Below are positions 48,318 to 58,830 of a DNA stretch of 64,000 nucleotides, piece after piece (the first letter of the stretch is position 1; every line of letters starts with the position of its first letter). The position numbers and the translations under genes are program-made. The DNA lies in assembly GCA_026390135.1 (NCBI GenBank), contig JAPLGN010000041.1, positions 13,969 to 77,968 on the forward strand, read 5' to 3'. The notes under the pieces were generated by a model. The model was not told the DNA's origin and made no database searches. It saw only the letters and a program-made list of their open reading frames with translations. This stretch comes from Campylobacterales bacterium (lineage in GTDB: Bacteria; Campylobacterota; Campylobacteria; Campylobacterales; Sulfurimonadaceae).

Positions 48318-50458
48318 GAATCCTCCTTGATCACCGGGAATGAGTCGACATTCAGCAATATTGTTCGGATGAGAGCGAGTTCGTTTATAACCGTTTGTAA
48401 CCTTTTAAACTGTATTTTTTCACTCGGCTGTTCCATTGAACGGAGCGCATGAAGAGAACTTTTTAAAGTCTCCAGCAACGCAATCCGGAGTGATTCGGAC
48501 GGTGTATTGAAAAACATTCGGATCGATTCCAAAGCATTGTCGATACTTCTGTGACGATAGTAGGAATAGAGCCGCTCCAGAGTTCGTCGAATCGTTAAAA
48601 TCGCCCGCCCGATCTCAAGCGTCAACAGCAACCATTCAAAAACGAGACGGCTGGAACGCATGTTCAGCCTTCCTTGTGTCGAAAACTGCTGAACGAGATC
48701 CCGTCCGGTGCTCTCCAACGCACTGCGCTGAAGCGTCAGCTGCCCTTCGCAGACGGTTACGATTTGTCGTCGCAATATTTTCGCCACCCTTTGTTGTGTT
48801 AACGAACATGACCAAAAGTTGACTAGCAGATAGGCAGCTCCGGCGAAAACAATTCCGATCAAATATGCCAGTGCACTCTCCATAAATTTGGTCGGATCGA
48901 TTTTAAAATACGGGTCAAGGGCGCATTCGTACATAAACAAAAAGACAAAACCGAGTGCAAATCCGCTCCATTTGGGCTGAGTGGTCCACCATGCAACGAG
49001 TGCAAAAACTGGAGCAAGCACCAGACTTAGGGTCAACAAATCGGAGGTGAATTCCGGAATAATATAAAAATCATATACGGCTGCAAGGATAACAGCAGTA
49101 ATCCCCCCTTTAAAAAAATTGATAACGGCATCCAGCGGACTGGGCATGGTTCCGATCAACAGACCGATGACGACGGCGAGTGTGATGGTTTGAGTCGCAT
49201 ATGGCCATCCGGTAGCGATCCAAAATCCCATCGTAACCAACAATACGCCGCTTCCGCGTAGTGCCGCAAGAGCGACGAGGACATTGTCCGTATGCGTTGA
49301 GAAGCGTACGACACGGCTTAACTCAGTAGAGGTATTACCCGATAAACGGTGTTTAAGAAGTGAAAGATAAGTAACACAATGGATATGCAATTCACTTAAG
49401 AGTCGAATGATCAAATGTGCTGTCGATGTAAACGCATCATACGAATCATCATCCAATATAGGTTTTAAACGCTCTTGTTCTGCACGAACACGCTCATCGA
49501 TGGTGTTTTTTACCTCTAAAAGATCATGAATGATACGATTCAGATCATCAGCTGAAAATGTATTGGATCGAAAACTTTTTAGACTTGAGGAAATTGGAGT
49601 ATAAAGATCTGTAAGACCCCTCATCATTTCTGCTGATGTTTGCGGTTCAATGGCTCGAATCATATTTTTAAGTGAATGGAAGGTCGTCGATAAATTCATG
49701 TACTCATGATTAAGGTGTTGAGAGTGTTGACGATCTTTACGATCGGCTCCGCTCTCATAACTGCTGTTAATGCGGATGGCATTTAGACCAACGACACCGC
49801 TTGAAAATCTGGTAGTTTGTGCTTGAATATCTTCTTTAGTAGCAAAAATCGAATCAGGATCGGAAAGAGTAGAGAGCACATTTCCGAAACGTTCGCGTTC
49901 GGCGGAGAGAAGTGAAGTGGATAGATGGCGTGGAAAAAGGACATCACTGATAATCGTTGCACACATGATACCGACAACCACCTCAGAAAATCGGGAAACG
50001 GCGATGTCAAATACTTCTAACGGAGTTTCAATGACAGGCAGGGCTACGATACATAACGTATATCCTGCCAAAACAAATCCATATGCTTGAAAATTTCGAT
50101 ATTTGAATCCTGCTGCGGTACAAATACCGATCCAAATAGCGAAAAATGCGATAAACCATACCGGGTCCTGGGCAAAGAAACCCATCATAAGCAGTGAAAT
50201 CCCAACACCCACTATTGTTCCAACGACGCGATAATAGCTTTTGGAAAAAACCAGACCACTTTGGGGCTGCATAACGATGAAAACAGTAAAGATAGCAGTT
50301 CTTGGATCCGGAAGATTTAATTTCATTGAAATCCAAAGAGCGATCAGACCAGCAATAGTCGCTTTGACCATATAGATCAGAATCGGTGCATCCGTCTCAA
50401 GCCACTCAAGAGATGCTTGTCTAATCGACAGCAGATAAGGAAGTTTTACTGCATGCAT
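48308..50458 (-). CDS. FUSC/AaeB family efflux inner-membrane protein
   Basis: IVMQPQSGLVFSKSYYRVVGT, YGFVLAGYT. Confidence 0.93.
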   Translation of the reverse strand: MHAVKLPYLLSIRQASLEWLETDAPILIYMVKATIAGLIALWISMKLNLPDPRTAIFTVFIVMQPQSGLVFSKSYYRVVGTIVGVGISLLMMGFFAQDPVWFIAFFAIWIGICTAAGFKYRNFQAYGFVLAGYTLCIVALPVIETPLEVFDIAVSRFSEVVVGIMCATIISDVLFPRHLSTSLLSAERERFGNVLSTLSDPDSIFATKEDIQAQTTRFSSGVVGLNAIRINSSYESGADRKDRQHSQHLNHEYMNLSTTFHSLKNMIRAIEPQTSAEMMRGLTDLYTPISSSLKSFRSNTFSADDLNRIIHDLLEVKNTIDERVRAEQERLKPILDDDSYDAFTSTAHLIIRLLSELHIHCVTYLSLLKHRLSGNTSTELSRVVRFSTHTDNVLVALAALRGSGVLLVTMGFWIATGWPYATQTITLAVVIGLLIGTMPSPLDAVINFFKGGITAVILAAVYDFYIIPEFTSDLLTLSLVLAPVFALVAWWTTQPKWSGFALGFVFLFMYECALDPYFKIDPTKFMESALAYLIGIVFAGAAYLLVNFWSCSLTQQRVAKILRRQIVTVCEGQLTLQRSALESTGRDLVQQFSTQGRLNMRSSRLVFEWLLLTLEIGRAILTIRRTLERLYSYYRHRSIDNALESIRMFFNTPSESLRIALLETLKSSLHALRSMEQPSEKIQFKRLQTVINELALIRTILLNVDSFPVIKEDSCR

Positions 50459-50461
50459 CGG

Positions 50462-51883
50462 TTACTCTTTTGAGTCGCGGTAACCCGCACCCAAGGATTT
50501 GATCAATTCGATTTGAATATAAGCCTTTGTATCCATCAATGATAATGTCTCAATCTCACCCTCAAACGTTGTTTTTTGAGCGGATAGATAAGGGAGTTTA
50601 TTACTCAATCCAAGATGTAGCTTTTTACGGCTTATGGTTTCATTTGCATTGCGGGCATCCATATCTTCATGATGGAGTTGTATTTGCGATTCGATTAGCT
50701 TGGATTGTTTGAGCAATACGACGACTTCATTGGCCGCTTTAATCACAACTTGGTTGTAATCGTAGACTGAGCTGTTGTAGTCGCCTACATTGCTTTGGAG
50801 GTTGGCATTTCTCTCACCCCAATCCAATAATGGCAAGGAGAGGGCAACTCCCACTGATGGAGAGAATGAGGAGTGATCCAGTAGTTTCGTCCAACTGAAA
50901 GAGGTAAACCCGATAAGCCCTGAGAGGCTGATATTAGGGTAAAACTTTGCTTTGGCATTCTCTATCATTTGGCTTTTGCTCAGCGCTGTATATTTAGCGA
51001 TGGCAACGTCTGAACGGTGAGCAAGGAGATTGAGCATAATCTCTTTCGGCCAAGGGGCGCTGAATGCATTATTGACATTAGGAGTTTTCATGGTATCGAT
51101 GTAAGAGGGGAGGAACCCTGCCAATACGCAGATACTCTCTTTTTTCCCTTCAATCACACGATGGAGTTCCGCCATCCGCTGTGTTATTTGGGAAAGTGCA
51201 CTCTTTTTAGTGTTGATCTCCGTAGCGTCGATCAGTCCTAGACGATGCTGTTTTGTGATAATGCCCAGTTCTTCGGTTGTTGTTTTTTCCAAAGTGCTCA
51301 AAACAACCAGTTTTTGTTCATCAAAATTCCAAGAAAGATAGGTTTCACAAATGGCGCTTGATAACGCGATTTGTGATGCTTCAATCATTGCATTTTGAGC
51401 GTAAGCGCTATTTTTAGCGGCAAGAATTCGTGAACCGCGTTCATTCCAAAAATCGAAATTATAATCGAGTGTCAATGACGGCTGATACTGGTTGTTCGTG
51501 CTTCCACCCAAAGGTGCCGGAAAGATATGATTTTCACTGAATCGCTCTCGGATCACACTTGCATTTGCAGCGAGATGGGGCATATTGCGCGACTCAACAC
51601 CTTGGATAATACTATTGGCCTGAGCATATCGTGCTTCAACGCTTTTAAGTGTCGGGGCGTTTGATAGAGCCTCATCAATGATTTTATTGAGTTGTGGGTC
51701 TTTATACCCTTTCCACCAGTCGGTTATGAGCTGTGTTTCTTTATCGTCGAAGAAGTCGATGCTTTTTTCTAAATCACTGTTCACTACGATTTTCGAAATT
51801 ACCGTAGCTTTATCAATTTTAGGAATGCAGCCTGTAAGTAGAAGAAAAGATAAACAAGCGGCTAAAAGCATTTTAGTATTCAT
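50462..51883 (-). CDS. Outer-membrane efflux lipoprotein (NodT/TolC family)
   Basis: Lipobox LTGC, WWKGYKDPQL, FYPNISL, LIKSLGAG. Confidence 0.93.
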   Translation of the reverse strand: MNTKMLLAACLSFLLLTGCIPKIDKATVISKIVVNSDLEKSIDFFDDKETQLITDWWKGYKDPQLNKIIDEALSNAPTLKSVEARYAQANSIIQGVESRNMPHLAANASVIRERFSENHIFPAPLGGSTNNQYQPSLTLDYNFDFWNERGSRILAAKNSAYAQNAMIEASQIALSSAICETYLSWNFDEQKLVVLSTLEKTTTEELGIITKQHRLGLIDATEINTKKSALSQITQRMAELHRVIEGKKESICVLAGFLPSYIDTMKTPNVNNAFSAPWPKEIMLNLLAHRSDVAIAKYTALSKSQMIENAKAKFYPNISLSGLIGFTSFSWTKLLDHSSFSPSVGVALSLPLLDWGERNANLQSNVGDYNSSVYDYNQVVIKAANEVVVLLKQSKLIESQIQLHHEDMDARNANETISRKKLHLGLSNKLPYLSAQKTTFEGEIETLSLMDTKAYIQIELIKSLGAGYRDSKE

Positions 51884-52317
51884 TACAAACCGTTTTTAAG
51901 ATTTTCATAAATGGTTTGAAGAAGATGTGTCATCTCATCTTTTTGCTCAGAGCTAACTCCTTTAAAAGCCCTTTCAATGACTTTCTCTCCCAATGTAATG
52001 AGCTCGTCTTGGAGTTCCCTTCCTTTCGTCGTAATCGTTACGAGATAAGCTCTTCGATCGTTTTCTTTTGGCTCACGTTTTACCAGCCCTTTAAGCTCCA
52101 ATTTATCCAGCATGAGTGTTAAATTTGATTGCTCAAAATAGGTATCTTGAGCCAACTCTTTTTGAGTTAATTTGTCTTTTTCACACAATCGTATGAGGAT
52201 TACCCTCTGGGCATACGATATTGAATAAGGTTTGAGTTCCTTTTCAAACTCATTTTTAAGAATATTTCGTGTTTTTGCGATCATAAAAGCAATCGACTTA
52301 TCGGATTTAAAACTCAT
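51883..52317 (-). CDS. MarR family regulator
   Basis: LTQKELA, LELKGLVKR, DRRAYLVTIT. Confidence 0.94.
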   Translation of the reverse strand: MSFKSDKSIAFMIAKTRNILKNEFEKELKPYSISYAQRVILIRLCEKDKLTQKELAQDTYFEQSNLTLMLDKLELKGLVKREPKENDRRAYLVTITTKGRELQDELITLGEKVIERAFKGVSSEQKDEMTHLLQTIYENLKNGL

Positions 52318-52362
52318 GAATTTCCTTTTAATAATTATGCAATTCTAAGATGATACTGCTTA

Positions 52363-52384
52363 AATAGTTATTATAATAACTATT
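52363..52384. promoter_or_regulatory. Perfect 22-bp palindrome, probable MarR operator
   Basis: AATAGTTATTA|TAATAACTATT about 45 bp upstream of the marR start. Confidence 0.7.
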
Positions 52385-52500
52385 ATATATATAATCTTAT
52401 TTTTTGCTCTGAAAATATTTATTTTTGAGATATAGATTTAATAACTAAGTGAAACTACTCTTGACATTTAGTACTATCAGGTAATAAAAGGAAAATAACC

Positions 52501-53208
52501 ATGTCATTCATAATACATCCTTCACGTGAGAGAGGTATAGCTGAACACGGGTGGCTTAACAGCCGATTTAGCTTTAGCTTTGCAGACTACCATGATTCCA
52601 ATCGTATGGGATTTGGAGCATTAAGAGTTATCAATGATGACAGTATCCAAGCGGGAACTGGATTTGGAAAACATCCACATCAGAATATGGAGATTATCAC
52701 TATCGTAACCAAAGGATCTCTTGAACATCGAGATTCTCAAGGCAATCACGGCATTATAAAAGCAGGAGAAATACAGTATATGAGTGCCGGTTCCGGAGTA
52801 CATCACTCTGAGCATGCGACCCAGGAAGGAGCAGTATCCTTGTTTCAAATCTGGATTCATCCGAATCAAAAAGGCGGTATTCCTCTCTACGATCAGCGTG
52901 ACTTTAATCATCACGATAAGACCAATAGATGGGTTACGCTTGTCAGTGGCGACGGACGTGAAGATTCCATCACGATTAGGCAAGATGCTGCTATCTACTC
53001 CGCCGAAATTAATGAGGGTAAAACGCTATCCATCCCACCTATCAAAACAGGACATGGACGATTGCTATTTATAATCGAAGGAAAAGTAGAAATAAATGGT
53101 CATATTCTTGAAAAACGAGATGAAGTACAAATCACCGATGAGAAGGAATACACTCTTTTAGCTCTTACCGAGTCTAAAGTTTTGTTATTTGATGTGCCAA
53201 TGCACTAG
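52501..53208 (+). CDS. Pirin family protein
   Basis: FGALRVINDD, HPHQNMEI, MSAGSGVHHSE, QIWI. Confidence 0.94.
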   Translation: MSFIIHPSRERGIAEHGWLNSRFSFSFADYHDSNRMGFGALRVINDDSIQAGTGFGKHPHQNMEIITIVTKGSLEHRDSQGNHGIIKAGEIQYMSAGSGVHHSEHATQEGAVSLFQIWIHPNQKGGIPLYDQRDFNHHDKTNRWVTLVSGDGREDSITIRQDAAIYSAEINEGKTLSIPPIKTGHGRLLFIIEGKVEINGHILEKRDEVQITDEKEYTLLALTESKVLLFDVPMH

Positions 53209-53361
53209 CAACGCATTATATAGGACCTAAAATAAAAAATAATGCTTGTTGCTGAATCTAGCGGTGTTAGATTGAATAAAAATTAGTTAAAGCATCCTTC
53301 TTTATTTTTTATGGACATAGTTTATAATGATTATAATTTAGAGATTTAAAAAAGGGAATTT

Positions 53362-54507
53362 ATGAATGCATTTACATATTACAATCCGACACGTATTGAA
53401 TTTGGACAAGGTAAAGAAAACACGATTGGATCTATGATTGCTGAACAAGGAATAAAGAGACTTCTTCTTGTTTATGGTACCGGTTCGATCAAAAAACAAG
53501 GTTTATATGACCGAATTATCGCAAGTTTGATTTCTGCAGGAATTGAATACGAAGAATTAGACGGTATTGTCAGTAATCCACTGCTTTCACGTGTAGAAGA
53601 TGGAATAGCTCTTATTAAATCCAAAAATCTTCAAGCAGTTTTAGGTGTGGGTGGAGGTTCTGTTATCGACTCTGCCAAAGCAATTGCAGCAGGAGCTTTA
53701 TATGAAGGAGACGTTTGGGACTTTTTTGTTCAAAAAGCGGCCATTAGCCAAGCACTTCCCGTTTATGCCGTAATGACATTAGCCGCAACCGCAAGTGAGA
53801 TGAACGGGAACTCTGTAGTTATGAATGAAACAACAAAACAAAAATATTCTATTGCTTCTGTTTTACTAAATCCGAAAATATCTGTTATAAATCCTGCACT
53901 TATGGAAACTGTCACGAATGATTATCTAGCTTATTCTGCTGTCGATATCATCGCGCATACTATCGAAGTCTATTTTACAGCCACTGATCACCCTCACCTG
54001 CAATCCAGATTTGTTGAATCAATTATCAAAACCGTTATTGAAACAACAGAAATTCTCCTTCATGACCCTGAAAACTACAATGCAAGAGCAGAATTTGCAT
54101 GGGCATCGACACAAGCTCTCAATGGGCTTACCTCTTCCGGTACAGCAGGAGGAAATTTTCCAAACCATATGATCGAGCATGCGCTATCAGCTCTTTATAA
54201 TATTGCTCATGGGGCAGGACTTTCTATCGTTATCCCCGCTTGGATGAAATGGTATAAAGGCAACAATCTTCCTCAATTTGAACGATTAGCAAAAGAAGTT
54301 TTCGGATTGCAAACGGCAGATCAGGGAATAGCCGCACTTGAACGCTGGTTTCACTCCATAGGAGCACCTATTCGTCTGGCTGACGCAAATATTCCAAGAC
54401 AGAGTATCGATGAATTAGCCCAAAATGCTCATGGCTTGGCGGTTCTTTGGGGAATGGGTGAAATATACAGCACAGAGACAATTATTGATATATTAAAAAA
54501 AGCCTAA
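53362..54507 (+). CDS. Iron-containing alcohol dehydrogenase (YqhD/BdhA-like)
   Basis: NPTRIEFG, GGGSVIDSAK, HMIEH, HGAGL. Confidence 0.93.
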   Translation: MNAFTYYNPTRIEFGQGKENTIGSMIAEQGIKRLLLVYGTGSIKKQGLYDRIIASLISAGIEYEELDGIVSNPLLSRVEDGIALIKSKNLQAVLGVGGGSVIDSAKAIAAGALYEGDVWDFFVQKAAISQALPVYAVMTLAATASEMNGNSVVMNETTKQKYSIASVLLNPKISVINPALMETVTNDYLAYSAVDIIAHTIEVYFTATDHPHLQSRFVESIIKTVIETTEILLHDPENYNARAEFAWASTQALNGLTSSGTAGGNFPNHMIEHALSALYNIAHGAGLSIVIPAWMKWYKGNNLPQFERLAKEVFGLQTADQGIAALERWFHSIGAPIRLADANIPRQSIDELAQNAHGLAVLWGMGEIYSTETIIDILKKA

Positions 54508-54528
54508 ACCACTACAGCGTAGAGTTAT

Positions 54529-55134
54529 TTACTGATTTTTGTTAGCCGTAACAACAAAAATAGGATAGCTTTGCGTTTCTTTTTCAACCGTATAAGCATG
54601 ATGAAAACGGACATTCACAAACCCTGCATTCTCCATCGTATCACGTAATGCTTCGCGTTCAAATCCAAAATGATATACACCTTCATTTCCATGAGTATGG
54701 AAACTTCCATCTTCAGCTTCCAAGTCAGCAAGTGCAACAAATCCATCCCGTTTAAGATGAGAATAAAACGTCTTGAACAGTGAAGCAGTATCCTCAACGT
54801 GATGCATTGCCATAGAGCTTACAATTCCATTGAACTTCTCAGCCAGCGGCTCACTAAAGATGTTTTGACATGCTACTTTTACCTGTACTGTATCACTGTT
54901 TTTTGCAATAATTTGTTCAAGCATTTTTTCGGATAAATCAATACCAGTGACAGAATGAACCATGGGTGCAATTTTAAAACTCAGCAGTCCCGTACCTGCA
55001 CCAAAATCCATAATATTCATAGTATTGGCTAAAGCAATACGGCTGACAATCGTTTGAAATACATATTGAGCAATATTTTGTCGTGTATCTCCTTGATCCC
55101 ATAGAGCCGCAGCATTATCAAAATGTTTTAACAT
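54529..55134 (-). CDS. Class I SAM-dependent methyltransferase
   Basis: MDFGAGTG, SSMAMHH. Confidence 0.9.
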   Translation of the reverse strand: MLKHFDNAAALWDQGDTRQNIAQYVFQTIVSRIALANTMNIMDFGAGTGLLSFKIAPMVHSVTGIDLSEKMLEQIIAKNSDTVQVKVACQNIFSEPLAEKFNGIVSSMAMHHVEDTASLFKTFYSHLKRDGFVALADLEAEDGSFHTHGNEGVYHFGFEREALRDTMENAGFVNVRFHHAYTVEKETQSYPIFVVTANKNQ

Positions 55135-55150
55135 CGTTTTCCTTTTTCAA

Positions 55151-55624
55151 TTACATTGCAAATAAAAATAGATAAATACTGCATCCCATCACAGATGTAA
55201 GAGTTAACGCTCCAAAAATCCATTTCCCCATACGGCGATGTTTTGCCATACCTTCTTTTCCCTCTTTAGTATACGTTTGATAGGAGGTGATAATAAGATA
55301 AATCCAACCCCCAACAGCTAGTAATGCAATTAAAATATGCACAGCTAAAAAGAGAAGCAAAAAATCATAGGAAACACTTGAGAGTTTGACGTATTCAATA
55401 AAACCGCCGCCAAGTCGAACTCCGATTTCAAAAATCAAGACCATTACAACCGTCAATGCCAAAATAACCATTTGTGACTTGTAATGAAGCGTAATCTTTC
55501 CTACAACTGCTTGACGTATTGAAAAAGCCAATAAAAAAGGCAAAATTGCAAAATACAAGGTCACGATATCCATGTATAGAGCAGCACGTGTCCCTAAAAA
55601 TCCAGGTTCAAAAAACATTTTCAT
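55151..55624 (-). CDS. DUF420 family membrane protein
   Basis: Four TM helices with conserved His residues (LHYKSQ, VHILIA, HRRMGK). Confidence 0.8.
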   Translation of the reverse strand: MKMFFEPGFLGTRAALYMDIVTLYFAILPFLLAFSIRQAVVGKITLHYKSQMVILALTVVMVLIFEIGVRLGGGFIEYVKLSSVSYDFLLLFLAVHILIALLAVGGWIYLIITSYQTYTKEGKEGMAKHRRMGKWIFGALTLTSVMGCSIYLFLFAM

Positions 55625-55767
55625 CCATTATATTAAAATATCCGCATTATAGGTTAAGAGAGTTTCATAGATAATTAATCTGAAGAAGCATTTAAGTAAT
55701 TTTTTATCACTTATAAGGATACAATACTGCAAATTTCAATATTTAACTTAATTGGAGAGTCTTTTTC

Positions 55768-56709
55768 ATGGATGAAGCAAAAAACTCAATTTACGACAGA
55801 ATAATAACTATTCATGATGAAGCGCTCGCATCATTAACTGCCAAGCATGTTCCCCCCTATCCTGTCCATTACGAAAAACAATTTAATCGAATTTTCGAAT
55901 CCCTATCTGACAATACACTAAAAAATGCTTTAAATCATGATAGTAGTATGGATGAAAAAATAAATTCAATTAGTAAATACATTGAATTAGCCAAAATAGC
56001 TGTAGAAGCATTTTCAAAAAGCCATACCAATATGGCTCTCGTAGCCGCTCAACAAAATGATTTATTGAACTCATACGACATGAGTAACAATACAAACGAT
56101 CAGGCTCGTATGAATATTATTAATGGTTTAATGGAGCTTAGCGCCAATATGAACCATGAACTTCAACGATCAGAAGAAAAAATTGTTGACCTTAACGAAC
56201 GTCTTGATGATGTTTTATTGGATGTTACAACAGATCCGATGACGCATCTCCTTAATCATCGTAAATACATGGAAGATTTAACCAATATACTCTCTAATGG
56301 AATGGATAATGAGCTCTCCTTTTTATCGTTGATGATTAATGCTGATGATTTCAAAAAAATTAATGATTCTTTTGGTCATACAGCGGGTGATAAAGTACTT
56401 TATTTTTTAGCTCAAACAATCAAAGGCATGGTACGTGCAGGTGATATTGTTTACCGCTATGGTGGTGATCAATTTGCTGTTTTGATTAATCGTTGTGATA
56501 AAGACAAAGCACTAAGTGTTGCAGAAAAAATATTGCATAAAGTTGAAAATTCTCACCTTATCTACAGTGGTAAAAGTATTGAACTTACCGTCAGTATAGG
56601 TGCGACAATGCATCAGTCAAGTGATGACATCGATACTATTATTAAACGAACCGATAGTGCACTTTTAAAAAGTAAACAAAGTGGAAAAAATAAAATTACG
56701 CTAGTATAG
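55768..56709 (+). CDS. GGDEF-domain protein (GGDQF variant)
   Basis: TDPMTHLLN, FKKINDSFGHTAGD, RAGD..RYGGDQF. Confidence 0.9.
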   Translation: MDEAKNSIYDRIITIHDEALASLTAKHVPPYPVHYEKQFNRIFESLSDNTLKNALNHDSSMDEKINSISKYIELAKIAVEAFSKSHTNMALVAAQQNDLLNSYDMSNNTNDQARMNIINGLMELSANMNHELQRSEEKIVDLNERLDDVLLDVTTDPMTHLLNHRKYMEDLTNILSNGMDNELSFLSLMINADDFKKINDSFGHTAGDKVLYFLAQTIKGMVRAGDIVYRYGGDQFAVLINRCDKDKALSVAEKILHKVENSHLIYSGKSIELTVSIGATMHQSSDDIDTIIKRTDSALLKSKQSGKNKITLV

Positions 56710-56756
56710 GTAAAAGAAGGTTATGCTATAATTTCAAAAAAATTAAAGGCACAACA

Positions 56757-57926
56757 ATGCTAACTGATCGCGTTAATACCCTATCAGAATCGATTACCAT
56801 CGCTATTTCAACATTAGCTCAAGAGCTAAAGGCTCAAGGCAAAGACATCATCAGCTTTTCAGCCGGTGAACCTGATTTTGATACTCCTCAAGTCATCAAA
56901 GATGCTGCTATTCGTGCAATTAATGAAGGATTTACCAAATACACTGCAGTTGACGGAATTCCTGCTCTTAAATCTGCTATCGCATTAAAATTAAAACGCG
57001 ACAATGGACTTGAATACAAAGCAAACCAGATTATTGCAAACAATGGCGCAAAACATTCACTTTATAATCTTTTTGCCTGTACTATTCAAGCCGGAGATGA
57101 AGTTATTATTCCGGCACCTTATTGGGTAACTTATCCTGAATTGGTACAATATTGCGGCGGTACAGTTATTGAGATAATGACCGATGATGCCAGCGGTTTT
57201 AAGATTACCCCTGAACAACTTAAAAATGCATTGACACCTAAAACAAAAATGCTTATTTTAACCTCTCCTTCGAATCCTACGGGAGCAGTTTATACACGTG
57301 CTGAACTTACAGCATTGGGTAAAGTTCTTGAAGGAACAGATGTTATCGTTGCCAGTGATGAGATGTATGAAAAACTGATCTATGACGGTGAATTTACCTC
57401 TGCGGCTGCGGTCAGTGATGATATGTTTAAACGCACTGTTACCATCAATGGACTGAGTAAATCAGTCGCAATGACGGGATGGCGCTTTGGATACATGGCT
57501 GCTGCCAATACAGAAATCATTCAAGCAACCAAAAAACTTCAAAGCCAAAGTACCTCAAACATCAATTCCATTACACAAAAAGCGGCTATTGTTGGACTTA
57601 ATGGCGAAGCAGACGCAGATATTGAGACAATGCGTCAAGCATTTATGGCACGACGAGATGAAGCTGTTCATCTTTTTAATGATGTTGATGGACTTTCAGT
57701 TCTCTCACCTAATGGAGCATTCTATCTCTTTGTGAACATCAAAAAAATCAGTAATGATTCAATGACATTTTGTAAAGAACTGCTAGAAGAACAAGGCGTT
57801 GCAGTAGTTCCAGGAATCGGTTTTGGGAGTGAAGGGTATTTTCGCTTTAGCTTCGCAACCGATATCGATAGCATACGTACAGGAATTAAACGTATTGCAA
57901 CGTTTGTAGCGACGAAAAAGCAATAG
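56757..57926 (+). CDS. aspC: Aspartate aminotransferase (class I/II PLP)
   Basis: GEPDFDTP, PSNPTG, DEMY, SKSVAMTGWRFG. Confidence 0.92.
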   Translation: MLTDRVNTLSESITIAISTLAQELKAQGKDIISFSAGEPDFDTPQVIKDAAIRAINEGFTKYTAVDGIPALKSAIALKLKRDNGLEYKANQIIANNGAKHSLYNLFACTIQAGDEVIIPAPYWVTYPELVQYCGGTVIEIMTDDASGFKITPEQLKNALTPKTKMLILTSPSNPTGAVYTRAELTALGKVLEGTDVIVASDEMYEKLIYDGEFTSAAAVSDDMFKRTVTINGLSKSVAMTGWRFGYMAAANTEIIQATKKLQSQSTSNINSITQKAAIVGLNGEADADIETMRQAFMARRDEAVHLFNDVDGLSVLSPNGAFYLFVNIKKISNDSMTFCKELLEEQGVAVVPGIGFGSEGYFRFSFATDIDSIRTGIKRIATFVATKKQ

Positions 57927-57938
57927 ACTTTCTAGTTT

Positions 57939-57960
57939 AATTCCCGCTAACGCGGGAGTT
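57939..57960. terminator. Probable terminator between convergent genes
   Basis: AATTCCCGC-TAAC-GCGGGAGTT hairpin. Confidence 0.6.
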
Positions 57961-57966
57961 ACGAAC

Positions 57967-58188
57967 TTATTTTATACTTTGTAGCGCAGCAATAACTTCA
58001 TCAAGATTTCCTAAGGGAAGATGAACTTTCCACTCTGGATTTTTTGCATCACCTGAAAGTGATATTCCAATACTTGCTACACTGTCACTGCCTTCACCGT
58101 AAGGAGCATCAATCTTACTGACTGCAATAACCCCTTTTTTAGTCCCATTCAATGGTATTTCTTTGATAATAGCTGCAGATGAACTCAT
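57967..58188 (-). CDS. Small hypothetical protein
   Basis: 73 aa, AGGAG RBS, plausible globular sequence. Confidence 0.7.
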   Translation of the reverse strand: MSSSAAIIKEIPLNGTKKGVIAVSKIDAPYGEGSDSVASIGISLSGDAKNPEWKVHLPLGNLDEVIAALQSIK

Positions 58189-58260
58189 AAATTCTCCTAG
58201 TTAAAGTGATATAAATAAGAGTGTATCGGGATTTTCGCTAAAGAAAGCTTAAAAAATATG

Positions 58261-58818
58261 TTATTGATTTGAGCTTGAAGATTGTGTGGTATTGCCATAA
58301 ATAAACGCATACATTTTTCGATAATATATCTCGTTACGTGTTCGATCAGTAGCACTAAAATGATGATACCGTCCAAGAGTTTCCCACGAATATCCAAAAC
58401 TTTTAACCAAGCCTGTAATAATCCGATTGGCATGCTCACGCTCCGTTGCATCAACAAAATATTCAGAAAGAGTCGCATTGGGATGATATTTATAATTAAT
58501 TTGATATGGTCCGAGATCAAGATTTGTAATTCCGCCATTAATAAGCGCTTGTGCTTGTGAGGAACATTCTTCTGTAGAGTTACATCGGATAATATGACCT
58601 TGAACTGCAAAACCTGCCAGTTGGGCACGCTGAGCATCTTCATTTGCATTAATACGAATAACATTTGGATTGCATTGTCCATCTGCTTCTTTTAGACATT
58701 CACAATGTTTAATAGCATCTAATACAATATCAGGCATACGCACGCCAGAGGTATCCATACCCTCGCCCATTAGATGAGCCGTAAGAAGAATCAATAGCGT
58801 ACTTAATTTTTTCATCAT
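58261..58818 (-). CDS. Secreted lysozyme-fold / SLT-like protein
   Basis: Signal peptide, NLDLGPYQIN, GRYH (VirB1/IagB-like motifs). Confidence 0.65.
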   Translation of the reverse strand: MMKKLSTLLILLTAHLMGEGMDTSGVRMPDIVLDAIKHCECLKEADGQCNPNVIRINANEDAQRAQLAGFAVQGHIIRCNSTEECSSQAQALINGGITNLDLGPYQINYKYHPNATLSEYFVDATEREHANRIITGLVKSFGYSWETLGRYHHFSATDRTRNEIYYRKMYAFIYGNTTQSSSSNQ

Positions 58819-58830
58819 GACAGTCCTGTC

